This document shows positions 1 through 7,712 of a stretch of DNA of 64,000 nt, piece after piece. Under the pieces are notes generated by a model that searched no databases, was not told where the DNA came from, and was given only the letters and a program-made list of their open reading frames with translations. The position numbers were made by a program, and so were the translations under genes. The stretch is taken from the NCBI GenBank assembly GCA_937899865.1, contig CALBRH010000013.1, positions 1 to 64,000 on the forward strand, given 5' to 3'. The DNA is from an uncultured euryarchaeote (GTDB taxonomy: Archaea; Thermoplasmatota; Poseidoniia; Poseidoniales; Poseidoniaceae). Positions within the stretch are counted from its first letter, which is position 1; every line of letters starts with the position of its first letter.

Positions 1-247
1 CATCTAGTTTACAAACAGGAGCTCCTGCACAGTTTGGGTCGTCACAATCAAACATACCATCACGGTCATTATCTGCACCGTCTGAGCATTCTCCAATATC
101 GTCTCCCTCAAACAAAATCTCTTCTTGGATTTGCTCGGAGTCATCGACCTCTTCATCCGACCCTCCATCATCACCGCCAAAACAGCCGGCGAGAGACATA
201 GTGGCCATCATTAATGCGAGGAAAATTGCTCGGTGTGTTCGCTTCAT
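1..247 (-). CDS. Putative lipoprotein (N-terminal part; runs off the window edge) with a Cys/Asp-rich motif
   Basis: Translated manually (not in the ORF track): MKRTHRAIFLALMMATMSLAGCFGGDD...ECSDGADNDRDGMFDCDDPNCAGAPVC. It has a basic N-terminus, hydrophobic core and LAGC lipobox; no stop before position 1. Confidence 0.75.
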   Translation of the reverse strand, partial: MKRTHRAIFLALMMATMSLAGCFGGDDGGSDEEVDDSEQIQEEILFEGDDIGECSDGADNDRDGMFDCDDPNCAGAPVCKLD

Positions 248-314
248 GAAGGAGATACTGGCCGTGCAGCAATTAATCATATTGCCATCAGAATTCAATG
301 CTAATTTTCGAGGT

Positions 315-445
315 CATATACAAGAGGTCCCCTTCAATGCGTATATGGCTACAACGGTAGCGTTGTAAAGGACCCACTGTAAACCCCCGAATACAGGTCA
401 ACCATATGTAAGGGGATCTGATGATACCCTTGTAGCCATGTTGTA
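315..445. repeat. Cluster of nested inverted repeats downstream of the exonuclease gene
   Basis: catatac(315-321)/gtatatg(341-347) encloses acaagaggtcccctt(320-334). Also tacaacg(350-356)/cgttgta(361-367), atggctacaa(345-354)/ttgtagccat(430-439) and aaggg(410-414)/ccctt(427-431). Confidence 0.7.
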
Positions 446-446
446 A

Positions 447-1103
447 TCACTTATCTGGGTGAAAGAATTCATCAGAAGGCGGTAGTTCAGTATGGCCCTC
501 TAAAATCCTCATTACTGTCCGTAATCCAAAGCAATCGTGATAGTTGTATCTTAGCAGTTCGTATGCTTTCTTTTTTGCCAAATCAGTCTTATTGGTGGGA
601 TCGTTCCTCCAAATCAATTTCAAATCATTCATCAGTTCAGTTGGATAAACTTGCTTAGGGCATTTATAGTTAATTTTTTCCAAATAACGTGCTAACGAAT
701 GAGGCTGCCTCATTTTCCATTGCGCTCTTGCTTTAGCACGAGAACTTGGAAGTGCATTCATTGTTCTTAGTTCAGATATATCTGAAATATTTCCAAAGAA
801 CCTATTCATCCATTCTACATCGTTATTACTCCAAGAGAAAAGGAATTTACATTCGTTGTTTTGGTCAATTTGTTGGATATGTTTGATAATGAGGTTGAGA
901 CTAAATTCTGGGTTGTAAACAGTATATTCAGGAAACATGTCTGATATTGGCTTCAATTCCTCATCCAGAATGAAGCAAAGGTAAGTTGAGATTTCTTGGG
1001 TTTCAACTAACATACCCAATATGCCTGGTTTGATACTATCAGGCACAGCAGCAATCCCAAATACTTCAAAATCAATGAAAATCCATGATTTTGAGCCCCA
1101 CAT
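447..1103 (-). CDS. RNase H-fold 3'-5' exonuclease-like protein (DnaQ/YprB RNase_H_2-like)
   Basis: N-terminal FIDFE (DxE), central FSWSNND and C-terminal YNYHDC resemble the acidic motifs of DEDD/RNase_H_2 exonucleases. ATG at 1103 follows a GGTGG SD-like sequence; the ORF track starts at 1136. Confidence 0.55.
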   Translation of the reverse strand: MWGSKSWIFIDFEVFGIAAVPDSIKPGILGMLVETQEISTYLCFILDEELKPISDMFPEYTVYNPEFSLNLIIKHIQQIDQNNECKFLFSWSNNDVEWMNRFFGNISDISELRTMNALPSSRAKARAQWKMRQPHSLARYLEKINYKCPKQVYPTELMNDLKLIWRNDPTNKTDLAKKKAYELLRYNYHDCFGLRTVMRILEGHTELPPSDEFFHPDK

Positions 1104-1147
1104 AGGATATCCACCACTAGTTGGCTTAAAACACATTCAGACTGAGA

Positions 1148-1253
1148 ACAAGGGGTCCCCTTGTGTATGTATACGAGTTCAAGGGTACCCATGAAGTCGC
1201 ATAGGACTACGAGGGGGCCCTCTGTATCACAGGCGATACATAAGGCCCCCCTT
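1148..1253. repeat. Array of four AGGG-n-CCCT-type palindromes with ~30.5-bp period
   Basis: acaaggggtccccttgt (1148-1164, perfect 8-bp arms), ttcaagggtacccatgaa (1178-1195), gagggggccctc (1211-1222), aaggcccccctt (1242-1253). Centres at 1156, 1186.5, 1216.5 and 1247.5. Confidence 0.7.
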
Positions 1254-1257
1254 TGAA

Positions 1258-1938
1258 TCAAAATATGATTATAGCACCTATGCCAAAAACTGCGATATCA
1301 CAAATTGCGTGTGCAATATACGGCATCCAAACACTACGATAGCGTAGGTATAGCCATGAGAATACAGCACCGCCAATGAATAGGCTAACACTTGCCAGCA
1401 AATTAGCCCACCAGGGGAAGCCAAAAAATAACAGAGCAAATGTATGATGAATTACAAAAATGAACGCAGATAATAGAATAGCAGGAAGACCGGTACCGAC
1501 CAAAGCTTCAGATTTGACAACCAAAAACCATCTGAATACATATTCCTCAAGTAAGGAATTGAACAAGATCCAGTATACTGCACCTGCAATATACAATCGT
1601 ACATCTAACAAACCAACAGGCTCGATAGTATCTTTGAGTAATTCGCCATCAATCCTATCACCGAGCAGAAGCCATGCCCCAATCATAAATCCACTCATTC
1701 CAAGTCCAAGGCCAATACTCATAGCATAGCCACCTTGCTCAGGCTTAGACCATGAAAACTTACCACCATCTATTTTTAGATACCAATACAATGGAATTGC
1801 TACCATCCAAACCTTTGACAAAACATAGGCAATTTGTGAGACAAGCCCACCATCAGTGCCAAATGAAATGAAAATGGATACGGTTGGAGCAAGGCCAACT
1901 AGCAACAAGGCAAGCATGGCACGTCGACGCTCTTCCAT
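1258..1938 (-). CDS. CPBP/CAAX (Abi) family intramembrane glutamic endopeptidase
   Basis: Multi-TM protein with EEYVFR (EExxxR), FVIHH and HAICD motifs of the CPBP family. Confidence 0.88.
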   Translation of the reverse strand: MEERRRAMLALLLVGLAPTVSIFISFGTDGGLVSQIAYVLSKVWMVAIPLYWYLKIDGGKFSWSKPEQGGYAMSIGLGLGMSGFMIGAWLLLGDRIDGELLKDTIEPVGLLDVRLYIAGAVYWILFNSLLEEYVFRWFLVVKSEALVGTGLPAILLSAFIFVIHHTFALLFFGFPWWANLLASVSLFIGGAVFSWLYLRYRSVWMPYIAHAICDIAVFGIGAIIIF

Positions 1939-2007
1939 AGAATACGATAAGCCATCACCTTCTTGAAGTGTTACCCTTCAAAACCACGAGAAGAGTCAAA
2001 TGGGTTG

Positions 2008-4029
2008 TTAAAATTGGATACTACAAGCCATGTCATGTAACAATTGCAACTCTTTAGGGAGATTTTTATCAACTTTAGTTAGGCCTTTTTTGAAGCGTTT
2101 TGCTGCATCTATCAGTGACTCATTTTCAAACCCATATTCAACTTCTAACATGTTGCGGACAGTGTGGCTTTCATAGAACATTCTACGAGCGATCTCTTGC
2201 CTGAATAAATCAGTATGACGAGTTCTTTGCCACCATTCTGTTTTCAAATCATTACCGGTAGGAGGCTCAACTCTAATTCTGTGAGGGTTGTGATGCACTG
2301 GTAATCGACTGTATAATGTATGTTCTAGATAATGCCAAACCGAAACACTATGGATATAACCGGTTAAAACTCGAGCAAGAATTTCACTATCTGTAATTTC
2401 TTTACCGGAAGGAAATCCAGGAACTAGAGCATTTAATTCATCAGCCCACTGGACCAAATTATTCAAGTCAGATTGATTAGCAACAGTTCGACAAAATTCT
2501 AGGATTACATCATAATATTGTTTCAAAGCTTTACAATATGGACCTGGAAACTCTGGAGGGCTGAGTGGGAATTGATAATTTGGATATGCAGAATTACCCT
2601 CTATTCCTTCATAATATGTCATAAAACCATGAAATACATCTTCTCGAGGACCAGGAAATGCAGTATAGATTTCACGAGGACTATTGTGAGCATAAGACCG
2701 AGGACTCCATCTCACACCATAATTCAACGGTAATTGTAGATATGAATGGGCTTCAATGATTTTTGCAATTGGATTATTTTCGGGAATATATTGTCTAGTT
2801 ATCGCGATAACTGAATCGGTCGGGAAGTGTAGTGATGCATGAACTCCTCCAACCAATGAAAGGGATGAGCCTTGTAGCAAGAATAGACGTGCTCTTTCCC
2901 ATGATTCACCTTGATTAGGAGTGAATGATTTATCATTTATCGAGATAGAAACAACCTGCAATCCTTCGTCTATCAAACGAAATAAACCAATTACAGATGC
3001 TATGTATACGCCAGGATAGGTTTTCTGATCTTTCAGATGAGAATGGTCGATTTTGTATAAAATATCCTCGGATGATTTCTGTTCAAAAAAAGTTTGAAAA
3101 ATCGTCAAATCATTATCAGTAAATTCTGAGGTTAAAAATCTACTAAAAGGCGAATTCCAGTAAATATCGTTCAGCAGTTCATCATCTAACGATTGAGGCA
3201 GATTATGTGCGACTTCTAATGAACTCCAAGTTTCTCCAATCAATGCTTGCATATATCTCTTGACGATTTTAGAACGAAATTCTTGATATTCTGAATCGGC
3301 AATATCTGTTACACTAGGAGGCATTCTTTCTGGATATTGTGGACATTGTACAGGTTTTGTGTCTTTAGGAGGGACCCATTTTTCTTGTCGTGATGCCATT
3401 GAGCGTTCATCCATCACAGTTCTAAGAGTTTCAATTTTATTTTTCCAGTTAGAATTCTTGATGCGACTTTGTAAATCATAACCTTCTTCATTTAATGACT
3501 CGCTTAACCAATTCAAGACGGTTTCTTCCTCACTACTAATGCCTTTAAAATTCGTCGAAGAGTACAATTTCAACGATGTGGCGACCGTTATACCAGTAAT
3601 TATTCCTGGTACTAAACTAAAAACCAACCAAACAGGTAGAAAAGCGATAATCCCGGACCCAATAATTGCATTAATTCCTAAACTACCATGTGCTTCAGCT
3701 ATTGATTGTGCTCTAACAATATACTCGGACGATTTACTATCTTGTGAAAGTACAGCCAAAGCTGCATCAACTTCTTGTTCAGAAGGAGGCTTGCTAAGCC
3801 AAGTTGTAACTTTATCAAATGGGAAATTAGGGTCAAGTTCTTGTTCTCTTTTTGCCATCTCAATTAGTTTATTTTTTTCATTTAATTGAACAACACCATC
3901 TGCCCAAGCAACACTTGCTGCCAATAAAACCGATGAGATTGCAACTTGTTGAGCCGACTCCTTGACCAAATCAAGCAATGAACTTTTGTCCTCTAAATCA
4001 GGACTCGCGGGCTGTGTCGGCTCAAGCAC
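2008..4029 (-). CDS. TerB-like domain + TM hairpin + lipoxygenase-like catalytic domain
   Basis: N-terminus AWADGVVQLNE...WLSKPPSE...ISSEEETVL is TerB-like. C-terminus has WERARLF...HASLHF, SVWHYLEH and terminal CSIQF, matching lipoxygenase WxxAK, metal-binding His motifs and the C-terminal SIxI-type ligand. Confidence 0.7.
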   Translation of the reverse strand: MLEPTQPASPDLEDKSSLLDLVKESAQQVAISSVLLAASVAWADGVVQLNEKNKLIEMAKREQELDPNFPFDKVTTWLSKPPSEQEVDAALAVLSQDSKSSEYIVRAQSIAEAHGSLGINAIIGSGIIAFLPVWLVFSLVPGIITGITVATSLKLYSSTNFKGISSEEETVLNWLSESLNEEGYDLQSRIKNSNWKNKIETLRTVMDERSMASRQEKWVPPKDTKPVQCPQYPERMPPSVTDIADSEYQEFRSKIVKRYMQALIGETWSSLEVAHNLPQSLDDELLNDIYWNSPFSRFLTSEFTDNDLTIFQTFFEQKSSEDILYKIDHSHLKDQKTYPGVYIASVIGLFRLIDEGLQVVSISINDKSFTPNQGESWERARLFLLQGSSLSLVGGVHASLHFPTDSVIAITRQYIPENNPIAKIIEAHSYLQLPLNYGVRWSPRSYAHNSPREIYTAFPGPREDVFHGFMTYYEGIEGNSAYPNYQFPLSPPEFPGPYCKALKQYYDVILEFCRTVANQSDLNNLVQWADELNALVPGFPSGKEITDSEILARVLTGYIHSVSVWHYLEHTLYSRLPVHHNPHRIRVEPPTGNDLKTEWWQRTRHTDLFRQEIARRMFYESHTVRNMLEVEYGFENESLIDAAKRFKKGLTKVDKNLPKELQLLHDMACSIQF

Positions 4030-4139
4030 GACCTAGTGATTGGAGATGAGTATTTTAGTAATCCGATTGATAGAATCTATGTTTAATTGACAAGAAACGT
4101 CGGCTCATAACTTATTTAATAGTATATTTTAGAATTTTC

Positions 4140-4895
4140 ATGACAACAGCGGAAGCGGATCTAGAGAAGCCATTTTTAGCAGCAATATTAGACGTATTCC
4201 GTGTTAAAAATATAGATATTTGGAAGGCTTTACAATATTCATTTTCAATGATAATGGTTTTCGCAATTTTAATTTCGCTGACATCAACGTCATGGTTTGT
4301 AATTAGTAATCATCAAGATGACGACTGGCTCTTTGGGTCTTCAAATACTGGATTCAAATATGGAATAACAGGTTTTGAACTTTATACAGAATCTAAGGAA
4401 GAAATATCAGTAGAAGTCACATATGTAATTCCTTTTTCTGAATGTGACGGTTGGGGCTCTAACGACTTTTTTGATGGGACTAGTGATGTTGAAGATCTCC
4501 AATGCGACACTATGTCGATTGGAGGCAAAATAATAATTTTCAGTTTCTTAATTAGCCTAGTTTCGATTTTGGGCCTGCTTTTTGCCTCCAGTTACCTTGG
4601 ATTAAAATCCCCAAAGGGAGACTTTTGGACAGAAAAGTATCCTAAATACAGTGATATCGCTACTAAAGTAAGCGCAATATTGCCTTTGATTGCAGTTTTG
4701 ATTTATGCGATGTTTGCATTTGGATTTGACGAAGAATTAGTTCTATCGTCAACAGCTTTAGATGACTCAAGTGTTGGATTAGGCATGACTTGGTGGTTGA
4801 TGTTTTTACTGTCATCAACATACGCGGGATTAGTTTTTAGAGATAAAATAAAACAATTATCTGCAAAGCTTCGCAGTAAGAAAAATGACAACTAA
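4140..4895 (+). CDS. Hypothetical 4-TM membrane protein (claudin/PMP22-like topology)
   Basis: Four hydrophobic segments; large first extracellular loop beginning SW and containing two Cys. Confidence 0.6.
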   Translation: MTTAEADLEKPFLAAILDVFRVKNIDIWKALQYSFSMIMVFAILISLTSTSWFVISNHQDDDWLFGSSNTGFKYGITGFELYTESKEEISVEVTYVIPFSECDGWGSNDFFDGTSDVEDLQCDTMSIGGKIIIFSFLISLVSILGLLFASSYLGLKSPKGDFWTEKYPKYSDIATKVSAILPLIAVLIYAMFAFGFDEELVLSSTALDDSSVGLGMTWWLMFLLSSTYAGLVFRDKIKQLSAKLRSKKNDN

Positions 4896-4965
4896 TTCTG
4901 TTTTTGTCAACTAATTTGACAACTTATGGGCGAAATATTACCAACCATCAACTAAGCCAAAGACC

Positions 4966-5922
4966 ATGGCAGATAGTTCTACCATTGACGACATTCTTTA
5001 TCCAAAGATTGAACCATACAGCACAGGAATGCTTCCAGTTTCTGATTTGCATACGATTTTTTGGGAGCGAAGTGGCAATCCAGATGGGCAACCAGCCATC
5101 GTAATTCATGGCGGACCCGGTGGTGGTTCGCAACCCGGTTACAGACAATATTTTGACCCAGAGAAATTTGACATCATTCAGTTTGACCAAAGAGGCTGCG
5201 GCAAGTCTACGCCATATGCTGAGTTAGAAGAAAATAACACTCATAATTCAGTTGCAGATATCGAGGCATTAAGGCAACATTTCGGAATCGACAAGTGGCA
5301 TGTTTTTGGGGGGTCCTGGGGCTCTACATTATCACTAATTTATGCACAAAATCATCCTGATAGAGCGCTCAGTCTCACTCTTCGAGGAATTTTTATGTGC
5401 CGCAAAAGCGAACTTCATTGGTTTTACCAACAAGGTGCTAGCCATATTTTCCCCGATGCTTTTGAACCATATCAAAACCATATTCCATTGGCCGAGCAAC
5501 ACGATCTTATTGCAGCATATTATGCAAGATTAACCAGTGATGATGTTGAAGTTAGAAGGGCTGCTGCGAAAGAATGGACTCGCTGGGAAATGGCTACTAG
5601 CCGATTGTTTCCCGACCCAGAATACCTTGACAAAGCAGAAGATTTGGATTTTGCAGTAGCATTTGCTAGAATTGAATGCCATTACTTCATCAATGGAATT
5701 TTTGTCGAAGATGGGCATATTTTGCATAACTGCGGCAAGATAAAACACATCCCAATGACCATCGTTCAAGGGCGCTATGACATGGTTTGTCCTACTATTA
5801 GCGCGTGGGAATTACACAAGGAATTACCGGAAAGCAATTTGATTATTGTTCCAGATGCCGGACATTCGATGGGCGAGACAAGTATTGCAAGAGAATTAGT
5901 CAATGCTACAGATGTAATCTAA
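4966..5922 (+). CDS. pip: Proline iminopeptidase (S33)
   Basis: HGGPGGG, FDQRGCGKS, GGSWGS nucleophile elbow, QGRYDMVCP and DAGHS motifs. Confidence 0.95.
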   Translation: MADSSTIDDILYPKIEPYSTGMLPVSDLHTIFWERSGNPDGQPAIVIHGGPGGGSQPGYRQYFDPEKFDIIQFDQRGCGKSTPYAELEENNTHNSVADIEALRQHFGIDKWHVFGGSWGSTLSLIYAQNHPDRALSLTLRGIFMCRKSELHWFYQQGASHIFPDAFEPYQNHIPLAEQHDLIAAYYARLTSDDVEVRRAAAKEWTRWEMATSRLFPDPEYLDKAEDLDFAVAFARIECHYFINGIFVEDGHILHNCGKIKHIPMTIVQGRYDMVCPTISAWELHKELPESNLIIVPDAGHSMGETSIARELVNATDVI

Positions 5923-6019
5923 CCAAGTATTAATTCATGATTCTTGACCTAATGAAGCGTTCCTTTGATATGGGGTGTGTGAGTGGGGTTATTGAAGAGG
6001 ATATACTCTAGGTGATTGT

Positions 6020-6850
6020 ATGGCGGATGAGGGAACAATAACTCCAGAGATTCGAATTAGCGAACTTGAAGATGCACTTGCAACTGAAACAGAGAGACTT
6101 CAGAAATTATTCGCAGCATATGAAGGACAAGAAAAGGATCTTTTAGATGCTAGAGCAGAAATTGAAGTTTTAGAAAAAGAAATCATTGAACGTGAAATCG
6201 AAAAAGAGGCACAGGAGTCCCTGATTGCTGAGAAAGATTTCCGTATTAGAGACTTAGAAATGAAGGCAACTAAAGCTGATAAGCGAGTTGAGCACTTAGA
6301 GCCAGAGTTAGAAAAGATGGAAGAGAAATATTCTCGAGAAAAAGACCGTCTTGGTAAGATCTTCAACATCGCAACAGAACTTGATGATGACCTCAAACTT
6401 GCAGTTGCAGAAATGAAGGTAAGAGACGACTGGTATGTTTCTCACATGACTTTGTTCGAAGATTTGAACAAAGCAATCAAGGAAAGATATGAGATGATCG
6501 AGCGTGCAGTTGAAGCAGAGCGTAAATCTCAACACATGGCTAGAGCCTTTGAAGAAAGAGTCGATGAAATGGTAGAAGCAAGAGCAGCAGAGATGACTGT
6601 TGAAGAGGCTACAGAGATTAACTCTAAATCGACAGACTCAGAAGATAAGGATTACAATGATGAGGAAGTTGAGGAAGCAATAGAATCTGCAGCAGAAGAG
6701 GCGGCAGCCAAGGAGTCTTCCGAAGAAACGCCGGCCGAGACCGAGGCAGAAGCCGAAGAAGCACCTGCCGAAGAAGCACCTGCCGAAGAAACACCACCTG
6801 CACCAGCTCCTACATGGGGCGATGATGAAGACCCTTGGGCTGACAATTAG
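6020..6850 (+). CDS. Hypothetical coiled-coil protein with acidic low-complexity tail
   Basis: Long E/K-rich heptad pattern; tail of AEEAP repeats ending WGDDEDPWADN. Confidence 0.75.
   Translation: MADEGTITPEIRISELEDALATETERLQKLFAAYEGQEKDLLDARAEIEVLEKEIIEREIEKEAQESLIAEKDFRIRDLEMKATKADKRVEHLEPELEKMEEKYSREKDRLGKIFNIATELDDDLKLAVAEMKVRDDWYVSHMTLFEDLNKAIKERYEMIERAVEAERKSQHMARAFEERVDEMVEARAAEMTVEEATEINSKSTDSEDKDYNDEEVEEAIESAAEEAAAKESSEETPAETEAEAEEAPAEEAPAEETPPAPAPTWGDDEDPWADN
6752..6796 (+). repeat. In-frame 15-bp tandem repeat (gccgaagaagcacct x3) encoding AEEAP/AEETP
   Basis: Units at 6752-6766, 6767-6781 and 6782-6796 (third degenerate). Confidence 0.85.
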
Positions 6851-6858
6851 GTGATGAC

Positions 6859-7704
6859 ATGGGCGGCCTTGCTAGGGGCGGGCACGCTCCGGTGTTGATT
6901 ACCTTCATGATGGGTACCAGCGCCATCATTATTGGAGTCACTATTGATTCATTGAATGGTCTAATGCACCTTTTCGGAGTTTTGTGTTGGATGACTTCAG
7001 CCTTCTTTGCTAATTTTTGGCGTGACCCTGATAGGAAAATTCCCACTGATGAAAACATCCTCGTTTCACCTGCAGATGGCCATGTAATGTTTGTCCGTAG
7101 AGAGCGTGCAATCGGTAGAAGACCAAACAAAGAAGAATTGGAATCAGAATTAATCGAATCCGACAAACTATCCGGCCCTTGGTATCCAGAAACAATATCC
7201 AATCCGCTTTCATTTGCTACAGAACAAAGATTTGAATCAGTACCGGAAGGCGAAGAATCGCCAACTGATGTTTATCGAATTGCCATATTTATGTCACCAT
7301 TAGATGTCCATGTAAATCGTTCACCGTGTGCTGCAACTATAGAGAGAATGGAACACCGCACAGGTCAAGGACGTCGTAGAGGTCCATTTCTACCAGCTAT
7401 GAAGAAAGAAAGCGAGCACAATGAAAGAGTTAGAACAGTTTTCCTTTGTGAAGATGAATTACGCATTGAAGTTTGCCAAATTTCAGGAGCGCTTGCTAGA
7501 ACAATAGTTCCTTGGACTGCAGTTGGTGATGAATTAAGACGAGGCCAGAGATATGGTATGATACGTCTTGGTTCAAGAGTAGACATTCGTGCTCCAGCAG
7601 AATTATTTTCTCCAGTTGTTGAATCAGCTGAATCAGGTAATCCAAAGCTGCCAAAAGGACAGTTTGTACAAGCAGGATCTTCGATACTGTTCAAGAAAAA
7701 GTAG
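6859..7704 (+). CDS. psd: Phosphatidylserine/archaetidylserine decarboxylase family proenzyme
   Basis: FFANFWRDPDR, VSPADG, IFMSPLDVHVNRSP and GMIRLGSRVD (LGS self-cleavage site); AGGTGA SD upstream. Confidence 0.9.
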   Translation: MGGLARGGHAPVLITFMMGTSAIIIGVTIDSLNGLMHLFGVLCWMTSAFFANFWRDPDRKIPTDENILVSPADGHVMFVRRERAIGRRPNKEELESELIESDKLSGPWYPETISNPLSFATEQRFESVPEGEESPTDVYRIAIFMSPLDVHVNRSPCAATIERMEHRTGQGRRRGPFLPAMKKESEHNERVRTVFLCEDELRIEVCQISGALARTIVPWTAVGDELRRGQRYGMIRLGSRVDIRAPAELFSPVVESAESGNPKLPKGQFVQAGSSILFKKK

Positions 7705-7712
7705 GTGATTAG

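Noticed and set aside
1148-1253. Possible mini-CRISPR array
   Set aside because: The period is only ~30 bp including the repeat, the units are not identical direct repeats, there are no spacer-length unique segments, and no cas genes are present.
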